Assembly: GCA_043228905.1 (NCBI GenBank)
Contig: JBHGNT010000002.1
Span: 12,958,001-13,022,000, forward strand
Direction: 5' to 3'
Source of the DNA: Azolla caroliniana
Taxonomy: Eukaryota > Plantae > Polypodiophyta
DNA length: 64,000 nt
Each line of letters starts with the position of its first letter. Position 1 is the first letter of the stretch. The notes beneath the pieces are model-generated. The model ran no database searches and was not told where the DNA came from. It was given only the letters and a program-made list of their open reading frames with translations. Below, in pieces: positions 44,173 through 56,811 of this stretch. A program made the position numbers and the translations under genes.

Positions 44173-45065
44173 TGTGTTACCCGTAAGAATATACGGGGAG
44201 ACATAAGGGTATGTGTAATGATGTGGTTGATGTGTATGTGTAAAGTAAATGAGTATGTGTGAGCACATGCACAATTATGTGCATGTGACAAGAGTGTAAT
44301 GGTCGTCTCTTTTGTAACGATCATTATTTACTGTTACATTATGTATTATATAAACCCCTTATGGGGCATCTAATGGATATACATTTTTCCCCTCTCATTT
44401 AGTGTCATTTTGTATTTTTCTTTCTCTCTTGATCTCTCTCTAACTTAACCCCCTTGGTAGGGGGGTGAAGCCATTCTAGGTTTCACCCCCCACCCCAATA
44501 ACAGAATACGAACGTGGAACTGGTTGTGAGAGGTCGATTCCTAACAATCCACAACCCCGAAGGCATACTGATCTGTTAACGCCACTATGTGTTGAGTATG
44601 CTCTTAAAATTCGGTATGTCAGAATGCAAATTCGTCTCGACTCCTCTAGACCAGATTGTGAAGCTTCGCCCTGACTTTGGAATGGCATGCGACCCGAAAA
44701 GTTTCTGACAAATCGTTGGAAGCCTTTATATATCTGACCATCACCCGATCGGACCTCAACTATCTGGTCGGACTGATTAGTCAATTTATGCCACATCCAA
44801 CCATGGAGCACCTCTAGTGCGCACATCGAATACTTCGAATTGTCACTGGCACTAAGGAAAGGGGGTTGTTGTATCAAACCGGAGTAGCCGGACAGCTTGT
44901 CAACCACACGGATTCCGGTTGGGCCAGAAATATTGGCTATCGTAGGTCTACATCCGGATATTCGTTTTCACTTGGAAGCGTTGCGATCGCCTAGAGCAGT
45001 AAGAAGAAGCTGATAGTGACAATATCGAGCATAGAGGCCGAGTACCGAGGAGCGGCTATCGTGAC

Positions 45066-45458
45066 CATAATTCCTAATATTCGCATACGTCCAATTTACT
45101 AGACGTACGCGAACGTTTGCAAATGTACGCGTATGATACGCGATATTCGTTTGGTTTTTTTTTTTGGGGGGGGGGGTTTGTTAGAGGTTTTTTATTTCTG
45201 CTATTCATCATTCTTTGCAAATAGAAGTGACGTTTGACACACACACACACCCTCTCTCACACAGGAGAACTAACAAATTTTCTCTCTCTACAAAATCTAG
45301 ATATCTAATATTCACATCCCTCACATAGACAAACCCCATAGCTCCTCTCTCTCTCTCTAGAGTCTAGACATACACTCAAACCACTGTCTCCTCACACATG
45401 CAAAACAAGGCTTCTCTCTCTAGACCACACATGCTCTCTCTTTTTCTTTCTTTTTTTG

Positions 45459-45529
<71 letters not shown>

Positions 45530-45685
45530 GTACACCATATGTATATATCTATGTACCACGTATGGATTTCAATCATACTCGAAGCCTTTTCACGTATGAG
45601 TATGATACGAATATTGGCGTTTGGCTAGAACTATGGCTAGATACGTATGAGAATGGCACAAATGGGACGTATGGCTAGAACTATG
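45066..45685. mobile_element. Non-autonomous hAT-like DNA transposon (620 bp)
   Basis: TIRs CATAATTC / GAACTATG; 8-bp TSD ATCGTGAC/GTCGTGAC; subterminal TACG/CGTA repeats; interrupts B2 RNase H (AEYRGAAIVT|CEAIWL); internal (CT)n(CA)n. Confidence 0.8.
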
Positions 45686-47218
45686 GTCGTGACATGCGAA
45701 GCCATATGGCTCAAGAGGCTACTAAAGGATTTGCAGGTGGAGGTATCCAATCCAACAACGATCTACTGCGACAATCTCAGTAGCATCCAGTTGTCTAAGA
45801 ACCCCGTCTTTCACACCCGAACAAAGCACATTGAGGTGCACTACCATTTTGTCTGTGAGCGAGTTCTGTCCGGTGAAGTGAAACTCATGAATGTTCCTAC
45901 AAATCGGCAGATTGCCGATATCTTCACCAAACCCCTAGGCTTAGACAAGTTGTGGCAATTCCTTGGAGCACTAGGTGTGCAGTACCTCAATATGTCAAAC
46001 TTGAGGGGGAGAAACAAGAGGAATGAGAGAGATGGCCGGACCCAAAAGTGGAATCCCGTCGAGGAAGACAATTGGGAAGCCGAGTCGAATACTAATTTTG
46101 ATTTCGTCCTGACTGAAGAAGTCAGAGTGCACGGGTTGGCTAGAGAACTCAACACCGGATGTAAGGAGAACCACCGGAACGGAAACCCCAAACCGGAGCC
46201 AATTGAAAAAGGTGGAGGTAAAGCCAAGAAAGGAAAGAAGACCAAGACACCGATGTTGTGAAGGGTTTAAAGACTAAAGACAAGTTGGAGACAACCAACT
46301 CGGCCAAGAGCGGGAACCAATTAGAGATAGCAGATTCGGTTGAGATGTTCATTTCGAAGGACCCGAATCGACTGGAGGCCAAGGGCCAAGGGAGCACACT
46401 ACCCGACCAAGAAGGTCGAGGTGCGCGGGACCGGACGGGTCATTGAAAGCGGAACCGGACAAGTCGAGGAGCGCGAGCAAGGTGAGGAGACGCTAGAAGA
46501 AGCCAACTGCAAGGCTTGGCCGCCACTAACACATTGATCTAACCTCAAGTTGAGCTTGATGGGGATTGTTGAGCGGACAAGTTCAATCAGATCCGGATCG
46601 GCTAAATAAGTCGAAACCGGATCGGTATCCGGAACCAAGAGCCAGATCAGATAGATGGACCAGATTATAACTGGTAGGTCGGTAGAGGCCTACAACCTTA
46701 GCCTATTACGTAGGCATATTCCTTGGAGTTAGTGTCAGTCGCTCGTATGAGCATTGAAGTACATGTTAGTCCTTTGATGAACTTGTATCAAAGTGCCCAA
46801 CCAGCACATTGTATGTACAAAGCATTATTATTATTTTGATTTGAGTTTTCTTCTGCTTTCTCTGTCTCTCCCGTGTATCCAAGGTTTCATTAAACCTGTG
46901 TCTGTATTCTGCTGTTATCCTTACTAACAGGTTTTGTCTTAGCTTCTGCAAAGTATCTTTCTCAAAGTCCTTAAAATGACTGACAGAAGTACTGACATGT
47001 ACTTCAATGCTCATACGAGTGATTCACATTAACTCCAAGGAATATGCCTACATACTAGGCTCAGACCGTAGGCTCCAACAGCCTACTAGTTCTCACTATT
47101 CTGGAGTACATCTAGTTCTCCAGTTCGGCTCTAGGTTCCAGATACCGATATATCCGTGCACTGATTCGGGTACCTATCCGGTTCTTCATTCTGGATACCG
47201 ATCCGGATCCGCTCAACA

Positions 47219-48423
47219 CCAGTTCTACTTAATATTCACTAAGTGCAACCATGGTCTCCCCAAAATAAGGGGTACACACCCGATATTTTGAATGCATGTC
47301 CGCCTATGATGATTTCTAATTTTCGCAACAACCCCAATGGTAGGACAGATCGGGTGTCCGCCATGCGAAGCCAGAATGGGCATGCTTCCCAATTTGCGAT
47401 GCCGAGGTGGGTGCAGGTCGCTTTGCTGATGACATTGTCGTGCCTTTCGGCTCCGGATCGTTACATGAGTTGGGTGGGAACCATTGAGGTTTTGGACTAG
47501 GAGAAAGAAGAATATGAGATAAGGCTAGTAATGAATAGGTAGAATGATAGGTAAGTTATGAATCTCGTGAATCCCCACGAGTTTAGTATATTTAATCAAT
47601 ATTTAGATAGTAAGAGAAAATTAAGATCACAAATTCGTGAATCCCACGAATGTATTATAAATTGGTCAATCCTTACAAAATAATCAACAACCATATACAT
47701 CTTTCTCTCCTCCTTATATAAGGATCGGAGAGACTAAGCATAGCTTCCTCCTTTTTCTAAAGTGTTCATGCACACTAAATGTGCGTGAGTTGCTTTTTCC
47801 ACTATACCTTTATTTCCTAAATCTAGTGCTCATGCACGCTACATGTGCAGGAGTATTTTTTTTTATTGGTTTATATTTTTCTTGTAAATAAAGTATTCAC
47901 GCATTCAAAAAATGCATGATTTACGTTTTAATAAAGGTAGGCATAAATAAAAGTCTTATACCTATTAAATCTATATTTATAACACTTATGATAAGTTAAT
48001 ACAATGGTAAAGTTTTGGTTTATTTACATGGAGGTATAGGGTTCGAATCTTGCCCTATGCATGTAATAAATATTTTAATATTTTCTTTTATTTATATATA
48101 TATATACTTAAATCGGATATATTATTTTTACATTTTCACGTAGTGTGCGGACTGCAGTACGACAACGTTGACCCCTGCGCTGCCATCAAGAATACATCTA
48201 GATATTTCTTCCCCTTTTAGTATAATTATAATGGTAGGGTTGTGGTGATCGACCATTCTCGGCCTTGCTGCGGACTTTGTAAAATTGACCGGAACGGCTG
48301 GAGGGTCCGCTTTACGCATTCACGTTTCCACTGTCTACCGAAACCTGGGGACTAAGTTTGATAGTTTGTTCATGGACATTGAAATTTGGCAATCGACCAT
48401 GGCTTGCCAAATTGGGTCCTCCT
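47219..48423 (-). pseudogene. Old Gypsy protease-region remnant G0 (host of B1)
   Basis: ILDGSAGVNV, CPFWLRMADT and YPLILGRPWL homologous to G2/G3; pieces 47219-47435 and 48165-48423 (duplicated at 48865-49123). Confidence 0.8.
47436..48164. mobile_element. AT-rich solo LTR-like insertion
   Basis: TGTCGTGC...GTACGACA inverted ends; flanks ACAT/ACGT restore the protease coding sequence. Confidence 0.65.
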
Positions 48424-49289
48424 CAAGGTTGTTAGGTACGGTACGGATACCATGCGTATATAACGTATTAATACGCGTATAGTACCTCCCAATTTAAAAA
48501 TACGTTAAATACGTTTTCTTAATATTTTAAATACTTACAAAATACGTATTTTACATATAGTACGTTAAATATTTCTAGATTTTGAAAATAAAGTATTCAC
48601 GCACTCAAAAAATGCATGATTTACCTTTTAATAAAGGTAGGCATAAATAAAAGTCTTATACCTATTAAATCTATATTTATAACACTTATGATAAGTTAAT
48701 ACAATGGTAAAGTTTTGGTTTATTTACATGGAGGTATAGGGTTCGAATCTTGCCCTATGCATGTAATAAATATTTTAATATTTTCTTTTATTTATATATA
48801 TATATACTTAAATCGGATATATTATTTTTACATTTTCACGTAGTGTGCTGACTACAGTACGACAACGTTGACCCCTGCGCTGCCATCAAGAATACATCTA
48901 GATATTTCTTCCCCTTTTAGTATAATTATAATGGTAGGGTTGTGGTGATCGACCATTCTCGGCCTTGTTGCGGACTTTGTAAAATTGACCGGAACGGCTG
49001 GAGGGTTCGCTTTACGCATTCACGTTTCCACTGTCTACCGAAACCTGGGGACTAAGTTTAATAGTTTGTTCATGGACATTGAAATTTGGCAATCGACCAA
49101 GGCTTGCCAAATTGGGTCCTCCTCAAGGTTGTTAGGTACGGTACGGATACCACGCGTATATAACGTATTAATACGCGTATAGTACCTCCCAATTTAAAAA
49201 TACGTTAAATACGTTTTCTTAATATTTTAAATACTTACAAAATACGTATTTTACGTATAGTACGTTAAATATTTCTAGATTTTGAAAAT
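47886..49289. repeat. 700-bp tandem duplication
   Basis: 47886-48589 is nearly identical to 48586-49289, period 700, AAAT overlap at the junction. Confidence 0.95.
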
Positions 49290-49950
49290 TATTTACCTTT
49301 CTAAAAAATATCTATAATATTATAAAAACATCTATGTTTACACAATTTTGTGATGTACAATATAGTTTTACATCCTAAAATGCATATAAGACATTTGAAC
49401 ATTTCACATCTTAAAATACTTGTAGTAATATGGATGTCGACATTCCCTTATTCTATAAATCAGTGTAAGTGTGTATCACGATGTTCTACTTTAAATTGTA
49501 ATTATTTACAATTATGCCTTCATAGATTGAGGAATCGCCACAATTATCACACTCATGATAGGTTTCTCTTTTCTTCTTTTTCTTCTTCTTCTTCTTCTTC
49601 TATCTTCTGCGATTATCACACTTAGAGTTAGGACAGGTTTATGGCTTCTTTTCTCTCTTCTTCTTTCTTTTCTTCATGTTCTTCATCGTCGTCTCTTCTA
49701 TTCTTCTTTCTTCCTTCCTTTGGCTTCATTTTCACTAAAATCTTTTTTTTCTTTTGGTTTTTGATGGGGTTTTACTTACATTTTCTTTATAAATATGTAT
49801 TATACCTGTTTTTTATAAATACGTTAAATACCGTATTGGACAAATGTACATGATATTTGGCTGAACAACATTGAGGTACAATACGTACTATACAAATGAT
49901 GAGGTACTATACGTATTTAAACGTTACATACGGATACTTAAACAATCATG
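49124..49950. mobile_element. Putative non-autonomous hAT-like element (left end also copied at 48424)
   Basis: Imperfect TIRs CAAGGTTGTTAGG / CTTAAACAATCATG; TACG-rich subterminal regions like 45066-45685; no TSD found. Confidence 0.5.
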
Positions 49951-50012
49951 GTTGGGAAATAGGTCCCTTTAGATGGGATCTGGACGAGCCGAATTAGACG
50001 GAACGAAGGAAG

Positions 50013-53000
50013 TGTTGAGAAACAAGCTCAACAAAAGCATATGATGCATATTGGTAAGTGAGATCTCCTAGAGTAGGTATTGGGAAATTAGCTACTATTA
50101 GATGTATAGGCAAAACAACTATTTAGCTATCTACAACTATTTAGCTACTCACAGCTAATTAGCTGCATATGTAAGTCACTTATAACTTAGGTAAAAGAGT
50201 AGTTGTAAGAGAAGAAGAAAACAGATGAGAGAGGTTTCTTTGTGCGTAATGAAATAGAAGCTTTTGGTTTTGCTATAGAGGTAAGTCTCCTTCCCCCTTC
50301 CTTTTTTGTCTTGAGCGCACTAGCGATAAAGCACATCACGATCCATTGTGCATCAAGAAGAGCCGGAGCACCTTCATAACATGGTATCAAAGCAGAGTTG
50401 CTCGTAAAGAGGAATAGTACAAATTTGAGAATTTTGGTTCTGGTTGCTGGTTTGAAGTAGAGAGTTGTCTGTGAAGTGGCTAGACTACCTAAATTGAAAG
50501 ATATGTAAACCTTGAAAAATATGTTGAGGAAAAATGCAGTGGTTGAATTGCCTAAGTTGAAAGACTATGAGATGAGCAAAATATGTGAAGCATGCCAATA
50601 TGGAATCAAAACAGGTTACCTTTCCCTCATGAAAGACATGTAAGCAAAAATTTGTTGGATTTGGTACATACAGATAAAAAATGCATCAATTGGAAGTAGC
50701 CGAGGAAGAGGCCATGGAAGATTTGGTTCAACTAGAACCAACAACAATCAAGGAAGAGGACAACATGCTACAAATGGAAGAAACATAAGAGGCAGGGGGA
50801 GCAATCGAGGTAGAGATAAGCAAACTTATTTGAATGATGATGGCTATTGGTATTGTGGAAAACCAGGCCATACATAGGCTGAAGGGTATAAAAAACAAAA
50901 TGATGAAAAAAGAGGGAAGAGACAGCAAAATAATTATGCTTCAACTAGTGAAGACTGATAAATATGGTGCATTTGTGATGCAACATGAAACAATAGTAAT
51001 GGTTGAATGTTCACAGAGATGTAATGAAGATTTTATGTGGTATGTAGATTTTGGGGCATCTAATCATATGACAAGACATACAAATTGGTTTGAAAGTTTA
51101 AGGGAACCAAAGATGCTTGGTTATGTAGAGATAGGTGATAACACCACTCATACAATCAAGCATGTTGGAGATATCCCATTGTGGGAAGAAAAAGGAAAAA
51201 CAAAGTATATGTTGAATGTGATGCATGTTCCAAACCTTGCAAAAAATCTAATTTCTGTTAGACAGATAGTAGAGCAAGGAATGCAAGTTAAGGTTAAGCA
51301 AAGTGGATGCTTTATAGAGAAACAAGGAAAACTTATTGCAACAGGAAAATGTCAAGGATGAATGTTTGTGTTAGATGTGGATATGCCTAAAAAGATTACA
51401 ACCATGTTTGCAGAAGGAATGAGTGTAATCTTAGATGTGGAAACGTGGCATAAAAGAATCAGTCACATAAGTATGCAAACATTGAAAAATATGTTGAGGA
51501 AAAATGCAGTGGCTGGACTGCCTAAGTTGAAACACTGTGAGATGAGCAAAATATCTGAAGAATGCCAATATGGAAAGCAAAACAGGTTACCTTTCCCTCA
51601 TGAAAGACATATAAGCAAACATTTGTTGGATTTGGTACATATAGATTTGGACCAACAAAAAATGTCTCAATTAGTGGTTGCAGGTTCAATGTAATCTTAT
51701 TGATGATTGCTCAAGGAAAACATGGGTTGACTTCATGATGGAAAAAAGTGAAGTATTTGATTGCTTTCGTAAGTTCATATGCATGGTAGAAAAGCAAGTC
51801 GGGACTAGAATAAAATGTTTAAGATCTGATAGAGGAGGAGAATACTTCTCAAATGAATTTTCTGATTTTCTATGTAATCAAGGAATAAGGAGACAGTTTA
51901 CATGTAGATATACTCCACAACAAAATGGAGTTGTTGTGAGGAAAAACAAAACTTTGGTGAAGAAAGCAAGAGCCTTGATGACTTGAAAAAATATGCCATT
52001 GTATTACTGGGCAGAAGCTGTAAACACAACAAACTTTATTTTAAATAGATGTATAACATCTAGAGTACATGAAGTAACTCTTGAAGAATACTTATATGGA
52101 AGGAAACCTAGTTTAAGACACTTAAAAGTGTTTGGATGGCTTGCCTATGTCCATGTACCTGCTCATGTAAGAAGTAAGCTTGATCCAAAAGCTAAAAAAT
52201 GTGTTCTTGTTGGATAATTAGAGGAGCAAAAAGGGTATAGATGCTATAACCCTTTGACAAAAAGGATCGTGGTAAGTGGTGATGTAATATTTGATGAGTT
52301 GGGCAGTTGGTATAGCCCAAAACAAAATGTAGAAACTGATCAAGACAATGAAAGTGAAGATAGGGGTGAATCTGAAAATGGAAGAGATTGCCATGGAAAT
52401 GGAAACAATGTTGGACAACAAAGTTCAACATCAATAGAATGCACTGGACCCTCTGAAAAATTTGGTAGTAAATTTGAATCAAATGCTTGGAGTGGAAAGA
52501 ATGCAAGACAAAAAAAATATGAGGATAAAAAGGGAAAATAGAAGATGCTAGAATATGAAATGTTTGATAAAGGATCTACAAACATGGAAGATATAGATTC
52601 AGATACATCATTGGATGATGAGCTGGGTATACGATGTCGTGTGAATCTTCACACACTATGTAAAAAAGAAAAAGAAGTAATTATTTTAGATTAGATTAGT
52701 AGCTTAGAAAAGCCAAAAAACCCTATTTTTCTATCGAATCCATATCTTAAATTCTTCTAATCTATTACTCTAGCAATCTCCATTAGCTAAACTTTTTGTA
52801 ATCCCAATCTTGGGATTAATTGTAATCTTTCTTTCTATTTGTTAATGAAATTTGTCAATCTTTCTTATTTCGGTTAATTCTTAGTACATAAACACACAAA
52901 TTTGATATTCTCTGGTCTGAGGCCCCGAGGTCCTGACTCAAGTTCACGTATCCTCGTTGTATTTTTGCGACAATGAGCCTTGAAAATCCCTGGTATCGAG

Positions 53001-55039
53001 AAGGCAATGAAAGATGCAAATAAAAAATTGAGAAGATCAGATAGAGATAAAAAGACTGTTGAAAGAGTTGGTTATGATACATACATGGTTATGCATTATG
53101 CATATATGTCTAAAGTGGTATAGATTCTTGATCCAAATAGTTTTGATGAAGCAAAATCTGATAAGAAATGGGTGAATGCAATGCAAAAAGAAATAAATAC
53201 ATTGGCTGAAATTAAAACATGGGATTTAGTAAAGTTACCAAAGCGAAAAAAAGTTATAGGTTGCAAATGGGTCTACAAAACAAACCATGATTCCAATGGG
53301 AATGTAAGTAGACATAAAGCAAGACTTGTGGCAAAGGGATATGCCTAGATGCAAGGAATTTGATTATGATGAAACATTTGCACCGGTTGCAAAAATGGCA
53401 ACCTTGAGGACACTACTTGCTGTAAGTGCAGCCAAAAGATGGGTTCTGCACCATATGGATGTAAAAAATGATTTTTTACATGGTAACTTGGAAAACCAGG
53501 ATTTGAAGATAAAGAGCATCCAAAATATGTTTGTAAACTGAAAAAGGCTCTCTATGGAGTGAAACAAGCACCTAGAGCATGGCATAGGGAACTTTTAGAA
53601 TCTCTAAAAAAAATTGCTTTCAAAATGGCAAAATTTGATCCATCATTGTATGTAAAGAAGATGAATGATTGTGTTGTCATGATTTTGATTTATGTCGATG
53701 ATCTAATCATCGGAGGTGATTCTATGGATGAAATAAATAAGCTGAAGAAAAATATGGAAATGCAATTTTATATGAAGGATTTGGGAGAGTTGAGATACTT
53801 TCTTGGTATTGAGATGATCATATCTGAAAGTGGTATATATATGTTGCAAAAACAGTATGCAACAACTATGTTGAAGAAGTATGGTATGCTTGGATGCAAA
53901 CCTATTGATGTACCACTAGATAAGAACTACAAATTGAGGGCTGATTTCGGAGCTAAAATAAAAGATGTAAACATGTACAAGTCTATGGTAGGCAGCCTCA
54001 TATATTTGACTATAACAACACCTTATTTGAGTTATGTTGTTGGATTAGTCAGCCAATTTATGCAACAACCAACAAAGCCACACTTGGACTGCATTAGAAG
54101 AATCTTGAGGTATGTAAAAGCTACTTAGAACTATGGACAGTTTTACAGGGCTGATCTAAACATAAAGCTGGAAGGATATACAAATGTTGATTGGGTTGGA
54201 AGCCAAACTGATGGAAGATCCTGTTACAAGCTATTGTTGCATTATCAAGTATTGAAGTTGAATATAGAGGAGCTACAATAGCTACTTGTGAAGAAGTATG
54301 GATTAGAAGATTGCTTGTTGATTTGGGTGAGTATATAGATGGTGCAGTCACAATTTGGTGTGACAATATGAGCAACATTCAGCTCGCAAAAAACCCAGTG
54401 TTCCATGCAAGAACAAAGCACATTGAAGTGCATTATCACTTTGTTAGAGAGAAGGTGATTGCTGGAGAAGTGGATTTGTTGTATGTAAACACAACTCAGC
54501 AAGTTGCTAACATTCTTACGAAAGGACTAAGTGTGGAAAAACATACACAATTCAGGGACATGATGGGAGTTATAACCATTGGTATGATAGCTGAAAAGCA
54601 TGAAGGAAAGAAGACTGAAGATGATCTCAAGCAAGGATAAGTTGAGCTTGAGGGGGAGTGTTGAGAAACAAGCTCAACAAAAGCATATGATGCATATTGG
54701 TAAGTGAGATCTTCTACAGTAGGTATTGGGAAATTAGCTACTATTAGACATATAGGCAAAACAACTATTTAGCTATGTACAACTATTTAGCTACTCACAC
54801 CTAATTAGCTGCATATGTAAGTCACTTATAACTTAGGTAAAAGAGTAGTAATGAGAGGAGTTGTAAGAGAAGAAGAAAACAGATGAGAGAGGTTTCTTTG
54901 TGCGTAATGAAATAGAAGCTTTTGGTTTTGCTACAAAGGTAAGTCTCCTTCCCCCTTCCTTTTCTGTCTTGAGCACACTAACGATCCAGCACATCACAAT
55001 CTGTTGTGCATTAAGAAGAGCTGGAGCGCCTTCGTAATA
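50013..55039 (+). mobile_element. AT-rich Copia element E (related to family B), degenerate
   Basis: LTRs 50013-50381 and 54659-55039, PBS-Met 50382-50393, PPT 54641-54658, perfect TSD GGAAG; pol remnants 50834-54640 ([42 protein letters not shown]). Confidence 0.92.
52635..53078. mobile_element. Unclassified insertion in element E (possible LTR remnant)
   Basis: Non-coding block starting TGTCGTG interrupts the integrase-RT linker; no TSD recognised; right boundary uncertain. Confidence 0.35.
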
Positions 55040-56264
55040 GGAAGGAACCGGGCCGGATGGATCCAGAAGGTATCTACATACCGGATTGGATGAATCCAGA
55101 AGGAGTCTAGCGAGATCCGATATGAACCAACAAATAGGAACATATTTGTAAATATGTTCAGACATGACTATTGAGGTCATATTTGTAAATAGCCCATAAT
55201 TTATATGAGTATAAATATAACTAGGGAAAATAGTGTTGTTATCATCATCATTGTAGTTGTGATTATTATTATCGTTGTACAGAGAGAGATAGAGTGATAG
55301 AGTGATAGATACATAGAAAGTTCTCTGTTGTAACCGCCGGTTGGCGAGATGGAGCTCGAGGTCATTGCCTCTGAGTCTCTTGTTGTACCCTTCCTCTCAT
55401 AGTGATAGTTGGATTCTGTGTGCTCCCGTGGTTTTTCCCGATCCAGGTTTTCCACGTTAACAGACTATGTTGTCTCATTTTGTGTAAGTGCATTAAACTT
55501 ATTTCTCTTCTATTTCATCCATTGTTTGTTTGGATCTCGGTGGTGGCCGAGAACAATTGCTCTCAAACTGGTATCAGAACGAACAAGAACGGAAAGAAAA
55601 ATGGAAGAATCATTCGCTAGCATGTTCAAGCTCATCGGCCCCAACTACCTAGTGTGGAAGTTGAAGATGAGGGACATGTTAGTGGAAAAGGATCTTTGGT
55701 TGCCGGTATAGTTTGGGGAAAAAAGACTGGACAAGACTGATGCCACGACCTTTCCGAACAAGACCACCAATGAGATGGAATGCGCCGCTCCAGGTGGACA
55801 CTAAGTCACATGCCGGATCACAGTACTTTGTTGATGTCCATAGATGACCACAGCTGGAAGCTGTGGGTCTCACTGTTGAAGACGACAGATCAGGTGTTGA
55901 TCCTCTTTAAGGAATTCCACACGAGAGTGGAAAGAGAAACTGGCAAGAATCTGAAGGTGGTTCAAGTAGATAACGGAGGAGAATACTAGGAGTATTATCA
56001 GTTGAAGGGAATCCGGCTCGAATTCACCGTGTCGAAGACACCAGAGCTGAATGGATTGGCCGAAGGGATGAACCAGACCATAATGGAGAGAGTCCAGAGT
56101 ATGCTTGCACTCACTAAATTGTCCAAGACGTTTTGGGCCGAGGCGCTGATGACGGCGACCCACGTGATAAACTGATCACCCTCAACACCCTTGGATGGAG
56201 ACACTACCATGACAAAACTGGGAAGGGAGATAATCTTATTAGAAGAAGAAGTCGCTAAGTCGCC

Positions 56265-56811
56265 ATGGGTCTTACCTTCACTAAGCTCTTCAAGCGCTTG
56301 TTTGTGAAGAAAAAGATTAGGACCCTGATGGTGGGACTTGATGCTGCTAACAAGACCACCAACCCTCTACAAGCTCAAGCTCGGAGAGATCATTACTACA
56401 ATCCCTACCAATAGTTTCAATGTTGAAATTGTTTAGTACAAGAATATGAGTTTTACACTTTGGGATGTCGGAGGCGAAGATAAGATCCGACCTTTGGGGA
56501 GGCATTCTTTCCAGAACACCTAAGGTCTCATTTTTGTTGTAGACAGTAATGATAGGGATCGTGTTGTAGAAGTTTGGGATGAGCTTCATAGGATGCTAAA
56601 TGAGGATGAGTTGCGGAATGTTGATCTACTTGTATTTGCATACAAACAAGATCTTCCAAATACAATGAATATGAGTGCAATTATAGATAAGCTCGGCTTG
56701 CATTCTCTTTGCCAGCCCCACTGGTACATTCAAAGCACTTGTGCCACATCTAGCGGAGGTCTTTATGAAGGTTTGGACTGGCTCTTGAGCAACATTGCAA
56801 GCACGCCCTAA
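56265..56811 (+). pseudogene. ARF1: ADP-ribosylation factor 1 (ARFA1-type) processed pseudogene
   Basis: [13 protein letters not shown]...[11 protein letters not shown], then frameshift, [71 protein letters not shown]; full length, no introns, two stops. Confidence 0.95.

Larger units (their letters stand above)
19488..44503. mobile_element. Non-autonomous LTR element X (about 330-bp LTRs, 1.84-kb apparently non-coding interior 42337-44174)
   Basis: Left LTR 19488-19669 + 42194-42336, right LTR 44175-44503, TG...CA ends, perfect TSD GAATA (19483-19487 / 44504-44508). Confidence 0.9.
18994..44546 (+). mobile_element. Tork-like Copia solo LTR split by element X (18994-19487 + 44509-44546)
   Basis: TGTTGGGAAATAGGTCCCTCCGGATGG...GATTCCTAACA; interrupts B2 RT at GIEVI; degraded TSD ATCGG/ATCCA. 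Confidence 0.8.
1835..46964 (+). mobile_element. Copia family B element B2, degenerate, expanded to 45 kb by nested insertions
   Basis: LTRs 1835-2269 and 46567-46964; PBS TGGTATCAGAGCG 2270-2282; PPT 46549-46566; TSD AAGTC; gag-pol pieces at 2368-5164, 18741-18993, 44547-45065 and 45686-46261 are in colinear order. Confidence 0.9.
1649..47218 (-). mobile_element. 5' LTR of Copia B1, split into 1649-1834 and 46970-47218 by the B2 insertion
   Basis: The two halves join across TSD AAGTC (1830-1834 / 46965-46969) into a family-B LTR with TG...GCTCAACA ends. Confidence 0.85.
49951..56205 (+). mobile_element. Tork-like Copia C3 fragment (LTR 49951-50012 + 55045-55565, PBS 55569, deleted gag/integrase)
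   Basis: LTR homologous to 18994 and 324; gag MEESFASMFKLIGPNY at 55601 jumps to integrase ([15 protein letters not shown]) at about 55748. Confidence 0.8.

Noticed and set aside
48028-48058. tRNA/SINE B-box-like GGTTCGAATC (similar GGTTTGAACTC motifs at 22170 and 29608)
   Set aside because: No convincing A-box or cloverleaf seen by eye; would need tRNAscan-SE or Infernal to reconsider
56593-56811. Functional short ARF-like protein (72 aa)
   Set aside because: Only the C-terminal open piece of a pseudogene with an upstream frameshift, stops and a mutated P-loop
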